Positions 49,902 to 59,403 of a stretch of DNA of 64,000 nucleotides are shown here, piece by piece. The position numbers were made by a program, and so were the translations under genes. The notes under the pieces are model-generated. The model was not told where the DNA came from, did not search any database, and saw only the letters and a program-made list of their open reading frames with translations. This DNA is from an uncultured delta proteobacterium (GTDB lineage Bacteria; Bdellovibrionota; FAC87; UBA2466), in contig CAVZSV010000005.1 in assembly GCA_963778115.1 (NCBI GenBank), positions 64,001 to 128,000 on the forward strand, read 5' to 3'. The first letter of the stretch is position 1, and each line of letters begins with the position of its first letter.

Positions 49902-49950
49902 GTCCATTAGCCTGTCGTTGGGATTCATTTGGGGGAATCAATGAGGGTAA

Positions 49951-50665
49951 ATGCATAGGATATTATTAACAATTTCGCCGTTGGCGCTAGCTGCTGTCAT
50001 ATCCTGTTCCGGGATTCAGCCCCGCTATTATACGGTGCAGCCTGGAGATAGCCTCGTTGGGATTTCGTCTCAATATGATGTCCCTGTCGAGCAACTAAAA
50101 CGGTACAACTCTCCCCGTTTGGCCAAAGGGCTTCGTCCCGGCGAAAAGCTCTATATTCCCTTTGAAGAAAGCCCCAACTGGGATAGTCCCGCCGATGTGG
50201 TTGAGGGAAATCCTGTGAATCCCGGCCGAGCTCCCGCTAACGATAACGGCGGAGAAGGGATCGCTTCCTTTAATTGGCCGGTATCCGGTTTCTTATCGTC
50301 CCCCTTTGGAATGCGCCATCATAAGATGCACGAGGGAATTGATATCGCGGCGCGAAAAGGAACGCCTGTAAAGGCGTCGCGATCCGGACACGTGATCTAT
50401 GCTTCCAATGTCATTTCCGGATATGGGAAGATGGTGATTATTCGCCACATCGACTCTTATTCCACGGTTTATGCCCATCTTTCGAAGATAAAAGTTAAAA
50501 AAGGTCAGTTTATTTCCGCGGGGCCAATTGATTGGCCTAGTTGGAAGAACCGGCCATGCCACTGGTCCCCATCTGCATTTCGAAGTCCGAAACCACAGAG
50601 TCCCCGTCGATCCCCTTTTGTACTTGCAGGGGCAGTACGCAACTAATAAAATCCTGTCGCGTTAA
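49951..50665 (+). CDS. nlpD: LysM + M23 peptidase lipoprotein (NlpD-like), 1-nt frameshift at ~50518
   Basis: Lipobox VISC, YTVQPGDSL LysM, HEGIDI, YAHL. The shifted frame gives GQLIGLVGRTGHATGPHLHFEVR...VDPLLYL to TAA 50663-50665. Confidence 0.85.
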
Positions 50666-50810
50666 ACCACGAAGGACGTTCGAGTTTTTCGTTCTTTTGT
50701 TGGCCAGCCTTTGGTCGGCCGCATAGAAGAAAAATAAGAAACGTTCTCGCACTTGCCCATGGCGCTTGGTTTGTTTCTCAAGAGCTTTAGGCATTACAAA
50801 AAGAGTGTGC

Positions 50811-51371
50811 ATGAGCGATCCTCTCAAAAGTAAGACTAATTCTGCTGTTCCCACTTACACGTTAACTCCGGCCGATGCCGTAGGAGATGTGAACAACATC
50901 GCGTTTACTACCAAGCTTGAGGATTTTGTAAATTGGAGCCGAAAGAATTCCTTATGGCCATTGCCTTTCGGAACCGCGTGCTGCGCTATCGAATACATGG
51001 GAGTAGTCTCTTCCCATTATGACGTTTCCCGATTTGGAGCTGAGGTAGTCCGTTTCAGCCCTCGTCAGGCCGACTGTCTTCTCGTGCTAGGAACGGTCGT
51101 CGAAAAAATGGGCCCCGTTCTCAAACAGATTTACGATCAGATGTTAGAGCCCAAGTGGGTAATCGCCGTGGGCGTTTGCGCCTCCTCGGGAGGTTTTTAT
51201 AGGGCCTATCACGTTCTTCAAGGAATTGACGCCATCGTTCCTGTCGACGTCTATGTCCCCGGATGCCCGCCGACTCCGGAAGGCATCATCTTCGGGATGA
51301 TGAAGCTACAAGAGAAGATTTCAAAGGGAGGAATTGTTCGTGCCCGAGACCGCCACAAACTTAGCAAGTAA
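50811..51371 (+). CDS. nuoB: NADH-quinone oxidoreductase subunit B (copy 2)
   Basis: [36 protein letters not shown]. Confidence 0.95.
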   Translation: MSDPLKSKTNSAVPTYTLTPADAVGDVNNIAFTTKLEDFVNWSRKNSLWPLPFGTACCAIEYMGVVSSHYDVSRFGAEVVRFSPRQADCLLVLGTVVEKMGPVLKQIYDQMLEPKWVIAVGVCASSGGFYRAYHVLQGIDAIVPVDVYVPGCPPTPEGIIFGMMKLQEKISKGGIVRARDRHKLSK

Positions 51372-51874
51372 ATATCCCGACACTCTTTGACCGGTTTAAA
51401 GATTCCATCGTAGGAGTGGAAGAGGTTCAAAACGATCGACGCTTATCGTTCGTCCGGAAAGCATTCGTGAGATCGCTTCGTTCCTAAAGACGGAAGCTGC
51501 GCCGCGTTTTGAAACACTGATGGATCTTTTCGCAATGGATTACCTGAAATATGAGACCGAAACTCCCCAGCGCTTTGCCGTAGTCTATATTTTTTATTCT
51601 CTGGAGTTCCCATGAACATCTACGCCTTAAGGCTTATCTTCCAGAGAAAACACCCGGAGCCGATCCTGAAATCGATTCGATTCAAGACATTTATATCGCG
51701 GCCAACTGGACCGAAAGGGAGGCGTGGGATCTCTTTGGGATTACGTTTAAGGGCCATCCCAATTTGGTGAGAATTCTTTGCCATACCGAATTTGTTGGTC
51801 ATCCTCTTCGAAAGGATTATCCCTCGGATCAGTACCAGCGGCTCAAAACGGCCGCTCCATCTTCGGGATTTTAA
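51340..51874 (+). pseudogene. nuoC: NADH-quinone oxidoreductase subunit C (copy 2), about three frameshifts (~51385, ~51438, ~51610); absent from the ORF track
   Basis: GGAGG then GTG 51340. Stitched frames read LFDRFKDSI.., EIASFLK..RFETLMDLFAMDY..RFAVVY, and [40 protein letters not shown]. Confidence 0.85.
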
Positions 51875-51877
51875 CTC

Positions 51878-53128
51878 ATGCTCGAAACACAAACGGAATT
51901 TCTAAGCATCTGACCGACAACGAGTGCAGCGACGAAATCACTCGAAGCGCACGACAGGCCTTTGATGCGACTCAACATCGGACCTTCGCACCCGGCGACT
52001 CACGGAACGCTACGAATCTTTGTGGGGCTTGAGGGCGAAATTATCCGTGAGATGAAGCTTGAGATCGGCTACTTGCACCGCTGCTTTGAAAAGATGGCGG
52101 AGACTCATACCTGGAATCAGGTCATCCCCTTCACGGACAGGCTCAACTACTGCTCAGCGATGATGAATAACGTGGGCTATGTGATGGCGGTGGAAAAGCT
52201 TTTAGGAATCGAAGTTCCTAAAAGGTGTCAGCGTATCCGAGTCATTATCTCCGAGCTCTCTCGCATCATCGATCATTTGGTTTGCATTGGGGCTAATGCT
52301 GTCGACGTGGGCGCTCTTACCTGTTTTTGGTATTTTTTTCGCGAACGTGAAAATGTGTACGATCTTTTTGAAGCAGCCTGCGGAGCTCGGTTGACCACTA
52401 GCTATACCCGAGTCGGTGGTCTCTATAAGGACCTTCCCGAAGGTTGGATCGAATGGGCTAAGAAAGTCGTCGACAATATGCCTCGCACGCTGGACGACGT
52501 CGAAGGGCTTCTTAGCACCAACCGTATTTGGATCGATCGCACGATGGGAGTTGCCCCCCTGAGCAAGGAACGAGCACTGGAGTACGGGTTTACGGGACCT
52601 TGTTTGCGCGCCAGCGGAGTGGCTCATGATATTCGTAAAGTCCATCCCTACTATGATTACGATAAGTTTGAGTGGGATGTCGTCAGCGAAACTGCAGGAG
52701 ATACTTACGCGCGTTACTTGGTTCGTATCGGCGAGATGCACCAGAGCATTCGTATTTTAAAACAGGCATTGAAGGATGTTCCTGAAGGGCCTGTGAACGT
52801 TGACGATTGGTCTGTAGTACTTCCCCCTAAAGAGATGGTCTACCAGGAGACCGGAAGCATCGAAGGATTGATGGCGCATTTTAAATTAATCATGCATGGA
52901 ATTAGACCGCCGCAAGGAGAGGTCTATTCTTGTACCGAGGCTGCTAATGGAGAGCTTGGCTTTTTCATCGGGAGTAACGGCGAAGGAAGGCCTTATCGGG
53001 TTCGGGTCCGGCCACCCTGTTTTGCGATCTACCAGGCGTTTCCGGAAATGTGCATTGGACAAACGGTGTCGGATGCGGTCGCGGCCCTAGGAAGTCTTAA
53101 TATTGTGGCGGGAGAGCTAGATCGATGA
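51878..53128 (+). CDS. nuoD: NADH-quinone oxidoreductase subunit D (copy 2); in-frame TGA at 51911 if started at ATG 51878, otherwise starts 51962/51965
   Basis: LNIGPSHPATHGTLR, IGYLHRC, DRLNY, GSLNIVAGELDR. Confidence 0.92.
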
Positions 53129-53640
53129 CGAGCGTTGAATTTACTCCAGAGAATAAGAGTCGGTTTGAGAAGACGGTCGCTAAGTACGAACAGGCTCAAA
53201 GTGCTTTGATGCCCACTCTGTACATTGCGCAAGAGCAATTTGGGTTTCTCTCGCCTCCGGTCTTGGATTATGTCGCTAAGCTTTTGAACATTCCCGTAGC
53301 ACATGCTTATGAAGTGGTGAGCTTTTACGGAATGTATAAGAAAAAGGACATGGGCCGCTATTGTCTTCAAGTGTGCAATAACGTGACGTGCACAATGCGA
53401 GGATCGGAAGATCTATTGGCCGTTGTTAAAGAGGAATTAGGGCTCTCGCCTAACGAGATGACCGCGGATAAGAAATTTAGTCTGATTAACGTGCAGTGTT
53501 TGGGATCTTGCGATACGGCACCCGTGGTTCAGGTGAACGAAGACTATGTCGAAAAATTAAACCCGCAGAAGTTTAGAGAGTACCTAAGAAAACTCAAAGG
53601 AACCAGTACCGCCCAGCCGGAAGAGACGGTGACCCCATGA
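53125..53640 (+). CDS. nuoE: NADH-quinone oxidoreductase subunit E
   Basis: VCNNVTC...CLGSCDTAP 2Fe-2S ligands, EVVSFY.MY. Confidence 0.95.
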   Translation: MTSVEFTPENKSRFEKTVAKYEQAQSALMPTLYIAQEQFGFLSPPVLDYVAKLLNIPVAHAYEVVSFYGMYKKKDMGRYCLQVCNNVTCTMRGSEDLLAVVKEELGLSPNEMTADKKFSLINVQCLGSCDTAPVVQVNEDYVEKLNPQKFREYLRKLKGTSTAQPEETVTP

Positions 53641-54923
53641 AGATTCTTGCACCAGAACGTCGGATTCTGACCAGAAACATCGACGTCCCTAAGCTTAACA
53701 CGCTTTCGGTTTATGAGTCGCAGGGCGGCTATCGCACCTTAAAGAAAGCATTGGGCATGACTCCTGATGCCATCATTAATGAAGTGAAGGCTAGCGGTTT
53801 GAGAGGCCGAGGCGGGGCCGGATTTCCCACTGGAAATAAATGGAGCTTTGTTCCTTTTGGCAGTGGTAAGCCGATCTATCTTTTGTGTAACGCGGATGAA
53901 TCTGAGCCAGGAACGTTTAAAGACAGGGTGATTCTCGAAAAAAATCCGCATTTACTCATTGAAGGGATCGCAATCGCTTCTTTCGCGGTACGTTGCCATA
54001 AAAGCTACATCTATATTCGTGGCGAGTACGCTCATGCGGCACGAATTATTGAACGCGCCATCGAAGAGGCCTACGTCAAAGGCTATCTTGGGAAAAATAT
54101 TTTAGGCAGCCAGCATACGATCGATCTCGTGCTGCATCGAGGGGCGGGAGCCTACATCTGCGGAGAAGAGACCGGACTTATTTCGTCGTTGGAAGGGAAA
54201 AAGGGGTATCCCAAATTAAAGCCTCCGTTTCCTGCCGTGTCTGGGTTTTTGGGCTGTCCCACGGTGGTTAATAATGTCGAGACACTGGCGACGGTACCTT
54301 GGATTATCGAGCACGGGGCCGCCGAATATGTGAAGTACGGAACAGAAACAGGAAAGGGAACGAGACTTTTCTGCTTAAGTGGCTGGGTCAACAAACCCGG
54401 TACTTATGAAGAAGAGATAGGAATCCCTCTTAAAGATTTCATCGAATACCACGGCGGCGGGCTTATTGACGGAGCCAAGATCAAGGCCGTTATTCCAGGA
54501 GGCAGTTCTACTCCTCCCCTAAATGCCGCCGATGTCGAGAATGCCAAGCTTGATTACGATTCAATGGCAAAGTTAGGCACGTTCTTGGGATCGGGCGGGA
54601 TCATCGTGATTCCCGAGCACTATCCCTTGATTAAAATTTTGGAACGCATCGCTGAGTTCTATTGGGATGAATCTTGCGGACAGTGCACTCCGTGTCGAGA
54701 AGGAACGGGCTGGCTGTATAAGATGGTCGATCAGATCATGCACGGGAAAGGATCCCAGCGTGAGATCGACGACATGAAAAAGACGGCCAAGAACATGATG
54801 GGGGCTACCATCTGTGCTCTTTCCGATGCAGCAGCCATGCCCGTACTTGGATTTCTTAACAAATTTCCCGACGAGTTTTCGGCGTACTTGAAACAAAGAG
54901 AGGGGCACGCGAACAATGCCTGA
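53637..54923 (+). CDS. nuoF: NADH-quinone oxidoreductase subunit F
   Basis: GRGGAGFPTG.KW, NADESEPGTFKDR, GAGAYICGEET, ESCGQCTPCREG. Confidence 0.97.
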   Translation: MKILAPERRILTRNIDVPKLNTLSVYESQGGYRTLKKALGMTPDAIINEVKASGLRGRGGAGFPTGNKWSFVPFGSGKPIYLLCNADESEPGTFKDRVILEKNPHLLIEGIAIASFAVRCHKSYIYIRGEYAHAARIIERAIEEAYVKGYLGKNILGSQHTIDLVLHRGAGAYICGEETGLISSLEGKKGYPKLKPPFPAVSGFLGCPTVVNNVETLATVPWIIEHGAAEYVKYGTETGKGTRLFCLSGWVNKPGTYEEEIGIPLKDFIEYHGGGLIDGAKIKAVIPGGSSTPPLNAADVENAKLDYDSMAKLGTFLGSGGIIVIPEHYPLIKILERIAEFYWDESCGQCTPCREGTGWLYKMVDQIMHGKGSQREIDDMKKTAKNMMGATICALSDAAAMPVLGFLNKFPDEFSAYLKQREGHANNA

Positions 54924-56532
54924 CGCAAAAATAGTAAAAATTCAGATCAACGGGAAGGCTTTGGAAGTAAAGGCGGGCACCCCGGTGATACAGGCCGCCG
55001 AAGAGGCGGGGGTTTTCATTCCTCGGTACTGTTACCATCCGGATCTTTCTATTGCTGGTGTCTGCCGCATGTGCGTGTGCGAGATTGAAAAAAATCCCAG
55101 ACTTCAAATTTCATGCAACACCATGGTCGCCGAGGGAATGGTCATTCGAACCGATACTCCCAAGGTAAAAGATGCCGTAAAGTCGGCTTTGGAACTGCAT
55201 CTCATTAACCATCCTTTGGATTGTCCTATTTGCGATAAAGCGGGTGAGTGCAAATTACAGGACTTTTATGCGGACTTTGGTCTGTACCAGAGCCGAATGG
55301 AATACGACGCCAAGAACCACAAACCCAAAGCGCAGGATATCGGGACCATTATGCTCGATTCCGAGCGCTGTATTTTGTGCACTCGGTGCGTTCGGTTCAC
55401 AGCGGAAGTGACTAAGAGCTACGAACTAGGAATTTTTAATCGAGGCGATAGAAGCGAACTTAGAACTTATGATAAAGGCCCTTTAAGAAATGACTACACC
55501 GGAAATTTGGCTGACATCTGTCCCGTAGGGGCATTGACGGCGAAAGACTTTCGCTTCGCCCAACGGGTTTGGTTTTTGGATAAAGCCTCTAGCATCTGTA
55601 CGCTTTGTTCGAGAGGCTGTAACACAACGGTGTCGGTAAACCCCCAAACCAAAAAGCTCTATCGGGTCGAGCCCAGGCGAAATACCGAAGTGAATTCGAG
55701 CTGGATCTGTGACCAGGGCCGTTGGGGTTATCACTATGTCTCCGATGAGACACGGCTTAAGAATCCTAAGACCAGGGTTAACGGAAATGTTATCGACGCT
55801 ACTTGGGAGGCTGCGTTTCAGGTAATGGCGCAAGCAGTGCAAGAGCAGCCTAAAAAGATTCTGGTGGGCCTTAGTACCCAGCTTACTAACGAAGAGATTT
55901 TAGATCTGGTAGGGACTTTTAAGGGCAAGGGGATAGAAAACTTCACTTGGCTAGTGGATGAAAAGGTCGTGGGTGAAAAAGCCCCCTACGATCAAATCCT
56001 TCGCCACAGGGATTCGACACCCAATGCCGCGGGTTTTGAATGGGTAATGCAGGGTGAGAAGTGGCTCAAACAATCCGAAGCGCTCTTACAAGCCCAGTCT
56101 TTCGACTGGATATGGCTTTTCGGACTCGAAGGCCACGACCATTCGTGGTGGCCGGGCTTTGCAAGTCGTCTTCCCAAGACGGCCAAACTTTTCGTGCATA
56201 CGACCTCGGATTTGCCTCTTTGGGAATCGGCCCAGTGGATAGTGCCTAACACCTCGGCCTACGAAAAGACGGGGACGATGGTGAGCATTTTGGGAAGGCT
56301 TCAGAAGGTGAACCCCGCTCTTCCAGCACAGTACACTTCGCGAGATGGCCACTCGGTGGCGTTTGGCATTGAAAAAGGAAATGATAGAACTCCCATGCCA
56401 GCGGGCCGCGCTCAGACCTTTTACGAGAACGTAGTGCTTAAAAAATTATCATCCGCTGTAGTACCCAAATGGCGAGGGTTCGAGCCTAAAGGAGTTGCTT
56501 TGAAAGAGAGTACGTCGCATGCCCAGGCCTAA
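54916..56532 (+). CDS. nuoG: NADH-quinone oxidoreductase subunit G, short form (538 aa)
   Basis: CYHP.L..AGVCRMC, NHPLDCPICDKAGEC.LQD, RCILCTRCVRF, CTLCSRGC. Confidence 0.92.
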   Translation: MPDAKIVKIQINGKALEVKAGTPVIQAAEEAGVFIPRYCYHPDLSIAGVCRMCVCEIEKNPRLQISCNTMVAEGMVIRTDTPKVKDAVKSALELHLINHPLDCPICDKAGECKLQDFYADFGLYQSRMEYDAKNHKPKAQDIGTIMLDSERCILCTRCVRFTAEVTKSYELGIFNRGDRSELRTYDKGPLRNDYTGNLADICPVGALTAKDFRFAQRVWFLDKASSICTLCSRGCNTTVSVNPQTKKLYRVEPRRNTEVNSSWICDQGRWGYHYVSDETRLKNPKTRVNGNVIDATWEAAFQVMAQAVQEQPKKILVGLSTQLTNEEILDLVGTFKGKGIENFTWLVDEKVVGEKAPYDQILRHRDSTPNAAGFEWVMQGEKWLKQSEALLQAQSFDWIWLFGLEGHDHSWWPGFASRLPKTAKLFVHTTSDLPLWESAQWIVPNTSAYEKTGTMVSILGRLQKVNPALPAQYTSRDGHSVAFGIEKGNDRTPMPAGRAQTFYENVVLKKLSSAVVPKWRGFEPKGVALKESTSHAQA

Positions 56533-57025
56533 CGAGAAATCCAAGTACAAGCTTCCTATTGGACAGCGGGTGTACCTTATTGCCTTACTGCAAGGAATGG
56601 CTATCACCGCGAAACACTTTTTTAGGAATCTCTTAAATCCCCGCAAAATGCCCACCATCATGTATCCCGAACAGCGGCGCGGTTATTCCAAGCGGTTTCG
56701 CGGATTGCAGATCATGACGGTGAAGGAGAACGGGGAGATTCGTTGCACGGCCTGCATGCTTTGTGCAACCGCTTGTCCCGCGGCCTGCATTCATATCACC
56801 GCCGCAGAGCACCCCGATCCGCATGTGGAGAAGTTTCCTCGAGAGTTTAACATTGATATGCTGCGCTGCGTGTTTTGTGGCATGTGCGAAGAGGCCTGTC
56901 CTGTGGACGCCATTCGGATGGGGCCAACGTACGAACTGGCGAGCTTTGATCGCAGTGACTTCATCTACACCAAAGAGGATTTGATGAAGCACGGCAATTA
57001 CACATTGAGTAGAATGCCGCGCTAG
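56519..57025 (+). CDS. nuoI: NADH-quinone oxidoreductase subunit I (copy 2)
   Basis: RFRG, CTACMLCATACP, RCVFCGMCEEACP. Confidence 0.95.
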   Translation: MPRPNEKSKYKLPIGQRVYLIALLQGMAITAKHFFRNLLNPRKMPTIMYPEQRRGYSKRFRGLQIMTVKENGEIRCTACMLCATACPAACIHITAAEHPDPHVEKFPREFNIDMLRCVFCGMCEEACPVDAIRMGPTYELASFDRSDFIYTKEDLMKHGNYTLSRMPR

Positions 57026-57079
57026 TTTTACGCACGCCGCATAGCGTTTCTTCTCTCCGTTATCGCGAGGCGAAGCCGA

Positions 57080-57114
57080 CCTGTCGCGCCGTAGCCTTGG
57101 GCGAAGGGGGAAGC
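57080..57114. repeat. Possible GTAG-type REP element
   Basis: CCTGTCGCGCCGTAGCCTTGGGCGAAGGGGGAAGC: GTAG followed by CCTT/AAGG hairpin. Single copy in the window. Confidence 0.35.
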
Positions 57115-57246
57115 GAGCTGTCGCCCTCACTTTAAATGGCCCGCGTCGAAGGCTACTTCCGTGCGCCAGCGAAATACATTTGTAGATCATTGAAAATATT
57201 ACTATAATAATTATGTATTCTTTCCCCCTGAAGATAAGGAGCAACC

Positions 57247-57606
57247 ATGACACTCACGAAGGCAGAGCTCATCGACTCTGTTTACGAGAAGGTGGGGTTT
57301 TCGAAGAAAGAGGCCGCCGATCTCGTCGAACTCGTTTTTGAGAGTATGAAAGAGGAATTATGCAAGGGCGGGACGATTAAGATCTCCGGTTTCGGAAAAT
57401 TTCGCGTCCGATCGAAGAAGGCTCGGATGGGAAGAAATCCGCAGACAGGCGAAGCGATGGTCATCTCGGCGCGCAAAGTGCTCACTTTTACTCCCAGTCG
57501 CATTCTCCGTGACGGAATTAACGGTAAATCCGCAGCGTTGCCAAGTTCGGTCACTGAAGGAAGTGCGGATGATCACGATGACGACGAAGCAGAGTCGGGC
57601 GGCTGA
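57247..57606 (+). CDS. ihfA: Integration host factor alpha with acidic C-terminal tail
   Basis: MTLTKAEL, KISGFG.F..R.K.AR.GRNPQTGE...ISARKVLTF. AAGGAG RBS. Confidence 0.92.
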   Translation: MTLTKAELIDSVYEKVGFSKKEAADLVELVFESMKEELCKGGTIKISGFGKFRVRSKKARMGRNPQTGEAMVISARKVLTFTPSRILRDGINGKSAALPSSVTEGSADDHDDDEAESGG

Positions 57607-57665
57607 CGCTCATAGCCCTGCTGGATCATTTGCCCGTTGGGTTTAAGCGGAGTATTAGTGAAGTC

Positions 57666-59357
57666 GTGAGAATCTTTTTTGCTTTACGAAAGCCCGGCGC
57701 GTCGCTGGGCTTTCTTTTTTTTCTGTTGTCTTGGTTCATACCGGGATACCAACTAGATGCGGCGTCGTTTCTAGATCCTAAATTCGAACAATTGGATATT
57801 GCGGCCCTTTCCTCCCATGACGCGGTTGCCGCATGGGAAATCACCCAATTTAATCTGTTTCTTTACGAGGCCCACGCGCTAAGACAAGAAATTCACCAGA
57901 GCCGCCATTTCCTAGATCTTGCTAGCGACGGTTGTGAAACGCTTCAAGCGGAGGCCTTCGCGAGTATTGCCGATGAACAGGGGAAAGGGATGGCTGAGTT
58001 AACGTGTGCCATCGTTAACGCCGAATTGACGCGATTTACGAATAGCCCCTTTCGTTGGCTGCACCTTTCGCAGAGTGCTCTTTCTGATTTGGATTTGGCG
58101 CGTAAAACGCCGGTAAGCCGTACCGAGCATTGGTACGCTGAAGGCAGAGTGCTATTTACTCTTCCCCCCGCCTCAGGACAAAACTTTGGCAGAAGTCTAG
58201 TGGATCTCCAGTTCTTGTATCGTATTCGAAGCGACGTCTCTTCTCCGATGTTCTGGTTGGCAAGAGCGTACCAGGTCCAAGGTAATCTAACGAAATCCCG
58301 CGAGATGTTCCAACTGGCGCTTTCGGCGAAGCCCCCGGACGTCAGGGCAAAATATTTTTTTGGCGATGATTTTATCGATTTAAAACGTGTCGATGATGGT
58401 TTGGGATATGGTTTTGGCCCCCAACTCTTTGTCTCTCCGGTACAAGGGATTGGACTATCGCTTTCCGTCTTTGACGATCGCATCGCCGACAAAGATCGTT
58501 CTGCCCAGGCGAAGGTGAGTGGAGGTTCCCGGGGATACTTCGGATTGGGCGGCAGTGCTCAAGATAGGGTTTGGCTCTCTCCCTATGAGCTTAGTGTCAG
58601 CACCCAATCCTCTTACGGTCCTGAGGACTTTTATGGCTTCGGAAGTCAAACGCAGCCCGGTGATATTACTCAAATTACCACCGAGCGGTTTGTGGTGAGT
58701 GTAGGCGCCAAGGCAGATTTTTTAGACAATTTCTATTTTTCTCTGGGATGGCGACTTGCTCAAATGAACGTAGTATCGGGTACGGCCCCTGCGGGGATTG
58801 TCGTCAATGCCGCCTATTCGGGTCCTTATGCGGAGTTAGGCGTAGACACAAGAGACAGCGCGTACCTGCCACGAACCGGGCTACAGGTGTTTGCCAAAGG
58901 TTATTTTCCCACCTCGATGCTATTGAGTGGGGTCACGTTTCAGGAATTTTGGTTTGGCGCGGAACAGTACACCGCTTTGGGTCTCAATCACGTGCTCTCG
59001 GTCCACGGGCGAATGGCAACGACTACGGGAAATGTTCCCTTTGGCGAAATTCCAAGATTGGGCGTCGGGTTCTCTTTTCCCGGAGCAAGGCCGGGGAGGT
59101 TGGAAGATAGGACTCTAGTTGCGGCATGGACGGAATACCGTTATCGCGTGTGGGGACCCTTGCAGCTGTTGGCGTTTGGTTCTACCGCTACCGCGGCAAG
59201 TGACTTGAGTGGACTGTCGTCGGCAAATTGGAGATTGGGTGCCGGCGGTGGCTTGGTATGGCAGACCGCCATTGAGTCTTCAAAGTTTATACGCTTTGAG
59301 GTAGGGACGTTTGCCGGCGAGACGGTGGTGCAGGCAATGGGGGGGCGGTCTTTCTAA
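57666..59357 (+). CDS. TPR-like domain fused to Omp85/BamA-TamA-like beta-barrel
   Basis: Signal-like N-terminus, FWLARAYQVQG...FQLAL TPR, FYGFG, DTRDS.Y.PRTG, PGARPGR..DR, EYR, terminal F. Start uncertain (57630 or 57666). Confidence 0.75.
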   Translation: MRIFFALRKPGASLGFLFFLLSWFIPGYQLDAASFLDPKFEQLDIAALSSHDAVAAWEITQFNLFLYEAHALRQEIHQSRHFLDLASDGCETLQAEAFASIADEQGKGMAELTCAIVNAELTRFTNSPFRWLHLSQSALSDLDLARKTPVSRTEHWYAEGRVLFTLPPASGQNFGRSLVDLQFLYRIRSDVSSPMFWLARAYQVQGNLTKSREMFQLALSAKPPDVRAKYFFGDDFIDLKRVDDGLGYGFGPQLFVSPVQGIGLSLSVFDDRIADKDRSAQAKVSGGSRGYFGLGGSAQDRVWLSPYELSVSTQSSYGPEDFYGFGSQTQPGDITQITTERFVVSVGAKADFLDNFYFSLGWRLAQMNVVSGTAPAGIVVNAAYSGPYAELGVDTRDSAYLPRTGLQVFAKGYFPTSMLLSGVTFQEFWFGAEQYTALGLNHVLSVHGRMATTTGNVPFGEIPRLGVGFSFPGARPGRLEDRTLVAAWTEYRYRVWGPLQLLAFGSTATAASDLSGLSSANWRLGAGGGLVWQTAIESSKFIRFEVGTFAGETVVQAMGGRSF

Positions 59358-59367
59358 CTATTACGGA

Positions 59368-59393
59368 TTAACCCTAACCTTAACCTTAACCTT
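59368..59393. repeat. Hexamer tandem (T/C)TAACC x4
   Basis: TTAACC CTAACC TTAACC TTAACC TT between convergent genes. Confidence 0.8.
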
Positions 59394-59403
59394 CATCCAT
59401 AGA

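Noticed and set aside
31135..51913. Stop-codon reassignment or selenocysteine/pyrrolysine (in-frame TAG in FkbM, TGA before nuoD2)
   Set aside because: TAG and TGA terminate many intact genes here, and the prfB frameshift relies on TGA as stop. Both sites lie in non-catalytic regions next to other lesions.
56633..57253. 206-aa minus-strand ORF
   Set aside because: Antisense shadow of nuoI2 and the ihfA promoter region.
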